Assembly: GCA_973851085.1 (NCBI GenBank)
Contig: OZ316775.1
Location: 62,001-126,000 of the forward strand
Source of the DNA: Ptychomitrium polyphyllum
Taxonomy: Eukaryota
Direction of reading: 5' to 3'
DNA: 64,000 nucleotides
Position 1 is the stretch's first letter. Every line of letters starts with the position of its first letter. The notes under the pieces are model-generated. The model was given only the letters and a program-made list of their open reading frames with translations. It was not told the DNA's origin and did not search any database. Positions 23,513 through 36,361 of the stretch are shown piece after piece. A program made the position numbers and the translations under genes.

Positions 23513-25342
23513 CTCATGGGGCAGATGAAGTCTTCAAGTGAAACTGGAGCTCATGATTCCTAGCCTGCCAACAATCACAGACATTCGCAATGCGTGCAGA
23601 CGCGCAGCTGAGGAATTGTGAGCATGCGGGTGTGAAGATACTATAGATATTTCCTTCAGGAAAATTTTGATGTAGAAGATGTGGAAATTATCAATTTTAA
23701 GAAGTCCACAATACATGCTGAAAGTTTCTACATAATGATATGGGAACTTTGTGTTTGAGGCTGTGTTCGAGGCCTGTGTAACAGAACCCTCTACAGCTCC
23801 TCAAGACGCTAGAACTCCATGTGGACAATACTCAAGTAGAACAAGATTCCAAACATATAAACTTTCTTTTTCAGCATTTTGATGTGTTAACATTGGTCGT
23901 TGCAATCTGAATGAGCTTATGGAAGATTTTGCGTGTTTTCGACTCTTTTTCAGAAATCCTCAATATAGTCGAAGTTACTATACGTGTTAGCAATCTGCGA
24001 TATGTCCACTCATAGTTTTCGGAGTAGAGGGACTTGATTCTGAAAACAAATTTGCCGTCTAATCTACCTCTAATTTGTACCATATCATCAAGTGTTCACC
24101 TGTGTTAATGAGACTACCGGTATAGAAGTAGCAGAGCATAAAATTGTGGCTAATTGTACCAAGAAGGGTGACATAAATTGGTCCTTGACATCGTTGTTTT
24201 TGATAAAACAGTGGTTTCTACATTTGCTGGAAATGTACATATTAGGGACTTTCGCTACAAAATCGAAGGTTCAAACTTCCTCATTTCAAGATTTTAGAAG
24301 GATTTGATACAGTAAAGACTAAGTGCATTCACTTCCAAATTGAGGATGCAATTTCGTACTTCATGGATTGAAAATTATTCTTTTAAACCATGTTTACTTT
24401 GAATTATTCATTTATGAGTAATAAAAGGAAAAAACAAAACTTTTATATTGTTACGTTCAATAATATGTATCTTATATACACATTTTTTGTAAAGGATCAT
24501 TATGCATTACCACCATGTATTATATATGTATTAGGGGTTCTATTTAAATATTTTATATCAATAGGGTTGTCTTATGATCTAATACAAAGATATTCAATGA
24601 ATCTCATGTTTATCCAATAAGGGTGCACAACAATTTGATCTTTAATAAGGTGAATTTAGACTTATGTGTTCTTGTAGATGTAGTTCCAACTTCCATGCAC
24701 TAACTCCCTTTTCTACCACAACCCCTTTTCTCCCTGTCCCTTGCAACCTCGCCATATCATTAGCATGTGCTCCGAAAACGTAAATACCTTTCATAAAAAT
24801 ACATTCTGAACAACCATGTGGAAATTCCCTCTCTAATGTTGTAAAGGGTAAATAAAAGATAAAATGTAAATAATTTTTTTTAGCATTCTTGTATTTTTAA
24901 CATGTACTCGTCTACTACAAAAACTAGGACAGACCCCTTTGTCCATCCATCCTGTCTGATAAGGACCTAATGTAGATTTTAGTTGAATCTCAAAGAAATT
25001 TGGTAATCCATTGTTTGTAAAACATTTTCAATTTTGACTTTTTATCAAACCAACACTATCCCAGTAAGATGGTCCATTGTAATTATTCACACATACCAGT
25101 GATGAAAAATAATTAAAAATAAATGTATATAAGTTCACATGGATTACATGTATAAAACTGTATAAACAAAATAAAATAATGTAATTTAGATACTGTTACG
25201 TGTCCCCTTGATGAGCCATGTGATGAAGCTGGTGCGAATGTCGGAAATCCAAGACTCTGACCGGCATCCACATTCTTTGTTACTGTAGTGGAATGTACTG
25301 TTACACATTGTCATGTAAAATATAAAATAATATGAAAATAAA

Positions 25343-28300
25343 TCAGGGTGCCAGTACAAGTACTTTCACTGTGCCCTGCGAGTTGGCCGCCAACATGGTC
25401 GAGCTCTCACTCGTCAAGCACACTGCACTAATAAAGTGGGAACTATCATTCTCGGTATCTTCAGTATTCGAGGATCCGAATTTATGAGAAGAAGCTGGCT
25501 TTGACATTGCCTGTGATGAAAATATAAAATATTCAAGATGAAAGATTTGCGATTTCGGAAAAGAAAGACTGCTATGCTTGCTGTGTTTGACAGAATCTTA
25601 CAGGAAAAAAAAAAACAAACTAATGATTCATTTGTAAGTGGTGTACCGGTGTTAAAGTCGGAGAAGAATTTTAGAGCTTGACAACATTTGTGGGACATAC
25701 CTTGTGATACACAACGACCTCATTTGTCTCACTGCCGCAAGCAATGTATTCGCTATTTACAGTCAATCCTACAAAATTCTTTTCATTGATGTGTCCTCTG
25801 AGTGTTTGTGTCTGCAGGAGAAGTAAATATTAAGAGCTGGAACACAATCACAAACATTTTTGTTCCAGGTTGAACCTACCCTTTCGTGAAGGTTCAGGAG
25901 GTGAAGCCAATAAACGTCAAACTCACCCTCTTCACACCAACTCTTCAAAGAAAGTCACATCTTAATAATATTCAATTCCGAGTGAAATCCCTCCACTTAC
26001 AACAGATTTTTTAAAAAGTGTTTTGAGGAGTGATTACGTACAGAGCAGTCTGTCTGGACATCCCATAGTCGTACTGTGCTTTCAGTAGAAGCAGACGCTA
26101 ACTCATTTGACGATAAAAATTTCACATAGGACACGGCTTTTCGATGTCCTCTGAAGACAAAAAGTGGATTGCTTGTATTCCGCAAATCAAAATAATGTAT
26201 GTGATGATCCGCTGCGCCAACCTGTGCAGCCAACAGAATGCAAATCAGTGTGAAGGAAGATATGGTGATAATATCAGGCTGCATCTATTAACGCACCGCA
26301 ATAACTTGCTGCACATACTAAAATCGAAATTTCACTAAATCACAACCACTAATATTGAGTGAGCCAATACTTACAGCAATATGGTTACCAGAATTAGGGT
26401 TGTACTTCACACAGCAGATGTTGGCCTTCATGTTCATGCTGAAAGCGCTAGCGTCCTAGTTGGTGCACCAGACCTTCACCTGCAAAAATTATCCTGCTAC
26501 TTGTCAGATCCCGCACTAAGCACGATTTGCTAGGATAATTTCCTTGTTATGAACTCCCCATGATTGTGCAACAAAACTTCAATCATCAACTCATCAGAAC
26601 CTTCTAAGACACGTAGGCTATCTAGGTATCAGTGCACACATCCATCGAACCATACTTCACTGGCATGCTAAAACAATTGCAATGATACATACCTTGCCAT
26701 CATCACTTCCAGATACTAGCATTGATGGGTCAGTGCAAGAAAAGTCAACACTCCAGGCGCGCTTCTCATGCTCTTCATACTCCAAAATGCTCTGGAAATA
26801 ATGAGTTGTAAGCAAATAAAGTCAAAACAAGTAATCAGAACATCTCAGAAATAATGTATACGACTTTGTAAACATAGCTGAACTTGATACAATACAAAGA
26901 CATTGTTCTCTATTTCTGAGTCAACGCAAGGTAGACCATCATTGTTTCACAAGTGCAAGAAGGCTTAAGTTTACCTGGCTTCGATTCACATCCCATATTG
27001 TAACAATGCCTTCATAATCGCTGCTAGCAATGAAGTGTTTGTTAAACTTATTCCAGCTTAGACAGCTGAGCTTGGATCTTGTTGGGATTTCCGTTACTGG
27101 AAAATGCAAATCTGCTATATCGTTAACAACCTGTTTGCATTCAAGTCAACCTATTAAATCAAATTCGTCATGTTACATAAACAACCATCAAAGTTTTTGG
27201 AAAGTTTTCTCTACATAACACAACAGGCGACTTAAAACTCAAAAAGGAACAAGTGAAGCAAGCAGGGCCGCCTATGCTTCCAGCAATTTACAAGCTGATA
27301 ACCAAGCAAGGGTCTTCTATAATTACCGTTGCAAAATCGAAGACTGTAATTCTTCTTGATATGCCCGCAGTTGCAAATAGCTCATCATCTCGATCAAAAT
27401 CAATACTGGAAAAAGTTCAGAAGCTTAAGCACGTTTTAGAGGCAGTATCATTGAGGTAATTTGGTACAATTTAGCAATTAAGTTTCTAGACAACAGTCAA
27501 GGATTACCAGTTATCTTTCATACATTTTGTAATAAGTTCTCAGCATTAGAAAAATCAGAACACGATGGAATATGTTGAACTCGACCAAAGCCACTGAAAA
27601 CGACTCTAATTGGAAGTCGTGCACTTGCATTTTTGATCAGGAGCATAATACCTGGACACAATGTTGGAAGAAGTTTGAAAAAGATCGCCGTGATGAAGCT
27701 CAGCAACAACACTAAGTCGACTGGTTACATTCACCAAACGTAAAGTTAGACCACTACAATAAAAGAAATATATCCTCAGAGCTAGCCGTTGCACTGAACA
27801 AAAGTTTAGGACAACGGCCCATAATTTTCCACCAGCCTCTAAAAATACCCTTCGGTAAGAAATTCGCGATAAATCCTTGTGTAAGGGCAGATTGAACTAT
27901 CTCTACTACCATCCCTTCCTGCAATGACTCCATGAAGAAGATGCATGGAGAACTGTTTAAATATATAGAACTTTAAAGTTGCAAATTCACAGTCAAGCTT
28001 CAAACGCAATCCTGAGTCACAAGATGCAAACCTTCCAATGGCAGAGACATACCTGTAGCGAGTATAAGCTGTGAGAATGGACTGAAAGTCATCCAAACCA
28101 TATAGTAACTATTTGCATTCCTAGAAACGTCCTTTTCAATAACTGATTCTTGGAACTGTTTCTGACGTTGTTTGAAAGCAACTTGCCGTCTTCTTAGCAA
28201 ATAAGCTTCTTGCAACTCGTCAAACAGTACATCACCAACAAACAGTAAGTCACCTTTCTCAATCGTGGTTCATGCTTATTCTAAAAAATTCATATAATGA

Positions 28301-28885
28301 GCAGACAAGCTTCATTCCATAATAGAATGTGAAAAGGACTTGAAAACGAATAATGGAATAGTGGAAAGTTAACTAGAATTCGACTTGAGTATATAAAATT
28401 GGTACATAGTCTTACAATAACCTACAACATTTGATTGCTCAAACACTAGTGATGACCAACAATTTAAAATAAGTAGCAACAGGGACAAAGTATACCTGTG
28501 CTAATACTCTGCGCTTCTTGGCTACTTTATGTACACCTACAGATTCACCAAGAAAGGCTACCGACTGATCATTCTCTAGGGAGCCACCAGCCTTTTCTAT
28601 ATCATTAATAACTGAACCGCTGGCCAAGTTTCTGATCCTTAATCCCTCCGCCTTGTACAACTCTTCTTCGCTAGGTTGCGTAGGGGCACCGCCCTGCCCA
28701 CCTTGCCACAAGGATACAGCACCTCCGGTGCTTGCACTATCACATCCTGGGTAATTATCTAAATTAGACACGAAAGGTCCCACACGTTCTCTCTTGTAAA
28801 GTCTATCCTTAGACATCAGAAGCCCGCGCTGCCTATTCTTGACCGTCGCTATATCATCTTTCAGGAATTGGAGATCATTCTGTAA
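25343..28885 (-). pseudogene. COP1: COP1-like WD40 gene, disrupted and lacking a recognisable RING domain; exons 28496-28879/28885, 28053-28224, 27652-27720, 27327-27405, 26975-27130, 26693-26791, 26375-26479, 26042-26221, 25701-25811, 25343-25510
   Basis: COP1-type motifs [58 protein letters not shown] and NSQGTVKVLVLAP*. Lesions: TAG at 26456-26458, a 1-nt deficit near 28100, and an acceptor AG changed to TG at 28225-28226. Confidence 0.9.
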
Positions 28886-29998
28886 ATGTTTCACATAACG
28901 GGGAGTTATGCCAGTCAGTTTACTGTAAGTCATCGTGTACCATACACCTGCTCATGAATCGGACTTTCGACCTTTGTGTCTACATACTATCCGTATGTGC
29001 ATGTACTCGCTTCCGGTGAATATAAGACTCGTAATCGCTTCGCTAGAAAGAGCCATCGTTTACGAACTCCATGTCTACAGAAACATGGCCCCTTCAGATG
29101 TTGTTGCAGGCTCCTGTTACTTCCCAGGTATCTCAGATACTATCTCAGTGTAGAAACTAAAAACCCTGATTTTCCTCCAATACCGAAACATGGCACACTA
29201 GGCCCCGACAGCACTTTAATCTCGCTACCACTCCTAAGGTTGCGTATTCTCCATCTTTCCAGTCCATGTCTTTGATCATTTCGAGATCGCCAGGCAGCCT
29301 GGAGGACAGTTGCAGTAAGCGGTAACGAATCTTGTGATACACTTAACCACTGACTATTGACAGGTCTTGTCGGTATCTTCGTCTTCTTCATGTGAAGATT
29401 TCCACACAAACACTGCTACAAAAAAGTCTGAAGAGTCGCAGAGCGAGAAAACTGCTCGCTGCGCTCAGCTTGTTTTGGCGTAGTGTCCTCGAATTTCCAT
29501 TAATCAAAACACTTCAAAGTATCTCCAAAAACGCAGCAGGCAACCAAGCCAACTGCAACTGTTGAGCTCCTAAATAGTGCAGCCGAAGACGATGAAAACT
29601 TCACAAAAACGACTTCACAGTAACGCAGCACAATGGCGTCGACGTCTCCTTCAGCATAAATTGGTTCCAGCTCTTTACAATCAAGCCCGCTTCCCCTCAA
29701 TTCCTTGCAACCTAAAACACTCTCCAAGCTCCTCCTTAAGAAGTCGTCCAGCTCGCACTCGACGTGAAGAGACACCTTAACGTACACTACACAACGACCT
29801 CCCCCCATAGAGGGCCGATCCCGCCAAACAAACCACCAGTACCTCGTCCTTATTCAAATTCGCCTACACTAGTACCTCCGCGCACCCATCAACACTCCGA
29901 CTTACGCATCAAAGAGGAAAACCCTTTCAAGAGACATCCGGTGTAAGCACTCCTTGTTGCTTGCAAACGCCCGAACAAAGGAGAATCAGCGCCCTATT

Positions 29999-30650
29999 AA
30001 ACTCCAATGAATACTGAATACAACAGTACTCCAGTAACCTCCAAGATCCCGCTAGCCACTTTGCACAAACACCGCTCCCTCGGTAATCAGACTGACCACT
30101 CTCTGAAGCCACCGTTCAAACCTCAAAGACACAATTCCGAAACACCTGCTAAAACTGAGTGTTTAGCAGGTGTTGCTAAAACTCCAGTGACCTTAGACAA
30201 GACTCCCGCTAGCCACTTCCACAACCATTGCTCCCTCAGCAATCCGAAATCTCTCTGTAAAGACCTCGCTCAAACTCCAATAGAAATCAATATAAAAGTA
30301 CACTACGCCTCAAACAAAGCTCTGGCTAGTCACTTCAGAAATATTGCTCCCTCAGTAATCCAAAACCGCTCTCTAGATCCTCCATTCAAACTTCCACAAC
30401 TCAATTCCACGCCGCCTGCTCTCTTTGTTCATACTATGAGGAAAGCTCAAACAAAACTCCATTGCTCTACTGACCATACACAAAACTCTCGATAGCCACT
30501 TCCACAAACATCCCTCCCTCAGTATTCCAAAATCACTCTACGTAAGAAGAATCAGTTTAAATCTCTACAACTCGATTCCACAGCACCTGTTCTCGTTGTT
30601 CAAAAAATAAGGAAATCGATACAACGGAACTCCAGTGACCTTAACCAAAA
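29999..30650. repeat. Diverged tandem repeat, about four units of 90-170 bp
   Basis: Core (C/A)TAG(C/T)CACTT-N10-13-CTCCCTC(A/G)G(T/C)A recurs near 30052, 30209, 30326 and 30492. Confidence 0.65.
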
Positions 30651-30784
30651 CTTCCGTTCTTGGTTTAATTCCTGATTTAGTCCGCCTTGCTGTGGTTTAT
30701 CGCCACCATTTCCCATTGCAAGAACCTTGAAGCCTTTTAAAGTTGGAAATGTCGTGTTAATGGTCTTACTAGCCAGCACATTAT

Positions 30785-33700
30785 TTAGCTGTGGGCACTG
30801 TTGTGATTTTTCTCAGGAAAAGGATCTAATGAGCTTCTAACCATTGGATGAAATAAAATACCATCCTGATTCATCTTCAAGGAATTCTGATGTTGACAAA
30901 TACCGGAAATTAATTCTGGCTCCAAATTAACAGCTAGAAGACTTATTAAGTCTTTGATTAGATCTAATTGTGCTAATTTGGTGTCAAAAGTTCCTCTATT
31001 AACTAATTCTTGAGCACCCTTTAGTATGTCTTTAGCTTTTGAAAAAAATATCCTTGATTCAAGCTTGGTTGACGATGGGGCTTTAGAAGACAGCCCGGTC
31101 TTAATTGTATTAATTTCACAAGTACTGTTACCATCCAAGGGTGGCATACTAAGGTCCGACATAGGTTGGGGCTGATTGAGTATTGAACCTTTATCATCTA
31201 ATGGAGTTGAGTGTGTCCAAACTCTTTTGGCCTCCAAACAATTAGATGACCAGTTGGAATTGGAATCTGCATGCTCTGCTAGCCATATAGCAAACTGGTC
31301 GTCATCTTGCCAGTCATACAAGCCAAGGCCTAAGCACTTCAAAGGTGGGTTCTTATCTTCTACCAAAGGTATTAAAGTATGTGAATCAGCAACCTCAAAG
31401 CGCACCCTCTTTTGCACCTTGCCTCTAGCTACATGAGTGGGCATTTCATCATCCAAAGAATAAGCCTTGTCTAAGTTAGGATTGAAAATACTAGACTGAA
31501 TTTGGATCTTGGTAAGATTATCCAAGGATCCATATACTATGTGGAGCTTATCACCTCCTCAATCTACCTTTGCATTGGCCATTTTCAATCACGGTCTATC
31601 CAATAGTAGTGGAAAAGATCCCTTATAAGAGTGCATCTGGATGACATGGAAGGTGAGAAGATAAGTCTCTTTTCTAGTGGTCATCCTACAATTTTTTAAT
31701 CTGGCCTAATGGTGCTTTTGGGCTTTGATTGGCCATATTGATCACAAATGGTGATGGCCCTGTGATTTCTAGGCCAAGCCTTTCCATAGTTTGTAAAGGC
31801 ATAATGTTTAATCTGCTTCCACCATCTACCAAAACATTAGGCAAGATCCTGTCTAGAATGGACACTTCAATATCTATTGGCCAAACATCTACAGATCTAA
31901 CATTGGTTTGGATGCGTGCCGCAAATTTAACTTTTGGCCTTCTACAGCAATTAGTCTGTACTCCAGCCTTAGGGACTTTCTTTGTGATTGGCAAGATGTC
32001 TAGCAGCTGGGCAATGGAAAAATTTGCCTTTTGACGTTCTTTAATTCTGTCCACATATCGTATGGGACAACTAAAACTTCTACATGCCGCCTTGGCTATT
32101 CTATCCAACTCTCATTTGGAATCCTTGGGCCTTTCCAATTTTTGTCTTCTGGCTTCACCAAGGATTCTTCCTCAGAATCTATGGTATGAAAGGGCAGGTC
32201 ATCAACCAATTGTTCAAACTCTAAGGGCTCTTTGTCCTTCTCCTTCGTAATCTTAATGGCTTCAGAAGCCATCCTTTCTAAATTAAATAGATGAGGTGGA
32301 TTCTTTGAAGCAGTTTTGCCTCTTCTACTATAGGCGACGTTTGAGCAGCTCTAAATCTAGTCATGATAGCTAAGGCTTGTAAGATAGTAGATTGTTGCAA
32401 CTTAAAGGGAATCCAGGTATGTGTAATCTAGTTTGATTCAGGAAGAATTAGATAGAATCCTACTATCATAATTAAAGCTTGATCTTCTACCAATTCTTTG
32501 CTAGATTGTCTAACAAACCTCTCATCTTGTGAGCCTTGCCCTTCAAATGGCGGATTCCTAGGACCTTGGCTAAAATTTTGATTATGATTCAAAGGATGCA
32601 AGCCTGTATTAGTTTGAAGTGCCCACAGTAAATGCTGGTTTTACCTATGGTTGTCATAATCATAGTAAAGGTTTGGAGGCCTTAAGGCATTATTATAAGA
32701 GGGATCTCTAGCACTCCTACAGTTGTCATAAGCTTATTGGACATAATTGCCTATAGGTGGTTGCATAGGCACCACCTTATTAAGCTTCCTACAAACATTT
32801 GTAAAGTGATTACCTCCACACTTTCCACATACTACTTGGCTCTCTATCCAATGTTGGCCAGGTGATTGGTATTTGCTACAAAAGGCATGGACTTCAAAGC
32901 GCTGTCTATGTTGATTATTAGCCCCTTGATTGGACATCTAGAAGTTTGGATGCCTTTGATTCGGTCCTTGATAGTTTTGGACTCTATGAGGGATTTGATA
33001 CCTCTGCTGGTCTTGCAATCACATGGCATTGCAAAATTCAGCATTGTGCCCTGCTTGACCACAAACAATGTACTATAATCCAAAAGTATACCTACTAAAC
33101 TCAATTGGAGATGGCGCTGGATTTGAATTATGATTCTAGCCGATTCTACCATTTGGTCTGTCAAGGCTTGCAATTATTTCATGATGTCATCTATGAAGCC
33201 TTGTTGACTAGCTTGCAATTCGCGTTTTATCGCTTCTAAGTTGGCATCCTTTGCTGGTGGAAGTAAAGAATGGACAATGGCAAGTAGCTTCATTGCCAAG
33301 GATATTGGGTAATTCCCCTCCCTAATGTTTATTAGAACCACTTGACTGAATAAAAGAGCTAATGATAAAGAACGTGGATTTTTTTCTTTAGGTTTGATAG
33401 GAATGAAAAGAGGGACGGATTCATCCTCCTTTCTCCATAGCTTCTCGTATTGCCTTTCTATTCCTTCCACATCTCTAGCAGCTTGTTTGGCTGGCTCTAA
33501 AGTAGAGGGGTGGCGTTTCAAGATACTCCTAATTGTGGAGCTTTTACAAAACCCTTGAACAAAAAATTGCCTCAACGTATCGTCGTTGAGCATTCCACCC
33601 ACAAATCTAGTGCAAATCAATTCAAATCGCCATATATAAGAGGAGATGTCCTCTTCAAGGCCTTGCTTGACTGTAGCCAATGCCCTCAGTGAAGCACTTT

Positions 33701-36361
33701 GTCCCACTTCAAGAGCAATACCGGTTAGAAAATCCCTCTGGAGTCTATCCTAGGTGGTGAAGACTCCTTTCGCTTGATCGCGGTACCAAACATATGCTTC
33801 ATTATATAATGTGGTACGAAACCAAACCAAATAGTAGCCATGGTTTGTTACTCAACAATTAGACAAGGCTTCTATATAACGCTGTACGTGACGTGATGGA
33901 TTTTCAACCTTGGTTCCATGGATTTTAAGGAGATTGGAGGGCATATTAACTGCTCTCAATCCAACAGGGATGACTATGGGCAAGCCCCTTGGTCTAACCA
34001 AAGGATTTATAAGAGGAGCTACTGGAGCAACCATTCTGCTAGGCTCTAGTGTGCTAACCAAAATTTTTTTCTCATTATTGGTTCCAAAAGTTTGATTTTG
34101 TGGACTAGAGCTAATTCTATTTGGTGGAATTGTTACTCATCATGGAGCATGCAATTTTTCTATATTGTCAAAAGTAGGAGCTAAGTCTGGTTTTTAAAAA
34201 TGAGTCTTATGATGCATCTATGCTTAATTCCAGAACCAACTGCTATCCTTTTAACAATACTCACATCATCTACTTAAGATTTCAATAATTATTAGTTAGA
34301 AGAGTTATGGAGATTGGTTAATAAGCAACTGCAACCAACTTAAGTGTGCAAACTCTCCCTCATGGGCAAGAAAAACAAAAAGACACCAATTGGAGAAATG
34401 CTCACGTGAACATCACTTTGTTCCTTTTCATATCCAATAGATGCCATACAAAATACCTTAGTGTAGGAATGACCTGTCTTTGGCCGTCTAGGATGTAAAG
34501 GATGAATTACCTACTACCGGGTTAATATCAAAAAGTTACTGAACAAAAATCACTCATTTTGTATGAGTTTCTACAATCACCGTGAAGAACTTGTACTTGG
34601 TTGCATCTCCAACCAATCTATCACCGTTAAAGAAATCCGGCCCAAATGTCCTACCGAGTCTTAATCTAATATATTCCTAGCTCTAATCTTAACACTTTTA
34701 AACAATCAACATTCATACATGGCATTAATCCATTCATCCATCATTCATTTTCTAACTAGAAGATTCTATCATTCTATGGTAAGTATACATGCACGCCTAG
34801 GCAAGCATCTACTTCCATTAAATATTGCACAATAAACATAATAAAATCAAATCTAAAAATGGATATACCTTCAACAAAAATGCTTTCAAAGAGGTTAGTA
34901 CTTACCTTAAGCCGCGCTACAACTCCTCTTGACCTCCATCTTAAGCCGTTTATATATTAAATTTTATTTTTTATTTTTATGTTTTTAAATGTTGCCTTCT
35001 ATTACAATTGTACCACCAAGGAACATGCTTCCGACGCACCATAATGTGAGCCTAAATTAACTCCTGCTATATAAAAAGACAATTTAATTCACACAATTCT
35101 ATTTACACTATAATTATCTAAGTTGTTTTGTAGTCCAAGGTCATATTTAATTAGATTAGAATCAAATTTATAATTGTTTAAGTCTTCTCATACATTAGTG
35201 AACATTTAACTAAAAGTGTACTAAAATAACTATGTGCTAAATTACCTTATTTAGTGGTCCAAACCACTAGCCACCAAACTATTAGTCTATTCAACCTCAC
35301 AACACTTTCCGCTTAAGGCAACAAGACCCCTTCACACCAAATCGGCCGGCACCCTCGCCTTATAGTTAAAAATCTTGTGATCTTGGTGTGTATAGATTCT
35401 TTACAACTTGGTCTAATCTCTTTTATAATTCTCCCTCATTTTAAACTTGCATGCACAATGACCTGGTCCTCCAAAGTGGAGTATCTTGATCTGCGACAGC
35501 AGCCGACATTCTTCCACTAAAAATACCGCCACCGTCTCATAATTTATTGCAATTGATTGACCCTTAGCTTGTAAGAATTCTTATTTCTTCTACCTCTTTT
35601 TTGCAAAATTCCACAATCATAATTATTGTTGTTTATTTGCAGTCTCCCGTCAAAGTTCTTGCATTCCCTACTTTCACCCTCATTCTCTTCTTCTACTTCT
35701 CTCTTCCTTTTCTTTCTTGGCTACCTTTCTATATTTTAGCATTGTATTTTAACTTTTGAACTCTAGCACCTAATTTTAAACTATGCCGCTTCATCTCAAT
35801 GACAAGGTGGGCTCTTAACAAATTCCAACCATTTCTAACTCCTTGCACTAACTTGGATGGTCATACTAACTTAACTTATGTTCCATCCTACATACAATTG
35901 ACTTCAACTAATTCATCTAAGTTTTCAAGAATTAAATACTAACTTATTACTAAATTTTTGTAGCCTATTACTGATTTGGTTGTAACTACTTGCAATGTCT
36001 TTTCTCTTTTAATTTTGTACTTTGTTTGCACTTGATTATAGCAAGTGTTCTTCAGTTCTTTTAGTTGGAGGAAATTCCTCTAGGACCTCTTTGTTCAACT
36101 TGCTAATCTAACCGTAATTCCTATTGATTAATCATTCTAAATAACTAATTAAGTTTCACGACAAATTCACTTTTTTGCCATAAATAGCAGCTTTCATGAT
36201 TTTTTGATATTTTCCAGGGACTTAATTAGCCTAACCACCTTTAAGCTTAGTTAGTTACTAGAATGATTCTAATTAGTACTAATATAAGTCTATTTCCTAG
36301 TAATAAATGCTGAATAGTTAACAATTAATGATAATTGATCAATTGAACTAATTTTTTGGCC
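30785..36361 (-). mobile_element. Truncated Ty3/gypsy element, family C (gag, protease and spacer; RT/IN absent), probable 5' LTR ~35044-36361
   Basis: Retrotransposon gag-like ORF 33174-33707 (QGLEEDISSYIWRF...FFVQG); CGKCGGNH knuckle; protease VLVDGGSRLNIMP (31686-32108); PBS-like TGGTGCGTCGG (minus strand, 35030-35040) 3 nt after ...CA; 36075-36361 recurs at 60464-60748. Confidence 0.8.

Noticed and set aside
25208..25262. TGATGA...CTGA box C/D snoRNA-like motif
   Set aside because: Only 40-52 nt between boxes, no terminal stem and no recognisable rRNA guide.
28935..29409. Candidate COP1 RING exon
   Set aside because: None of the three minus-strand frames shows C3HC4 spacing or COP1 N-terminal similarity.
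30785..31525. 246-aa ORF as an independent host gene
   Set aside because: Lies directly downstream of the family C protease on the same strand; best read as a retroelement polyprotein spacer.
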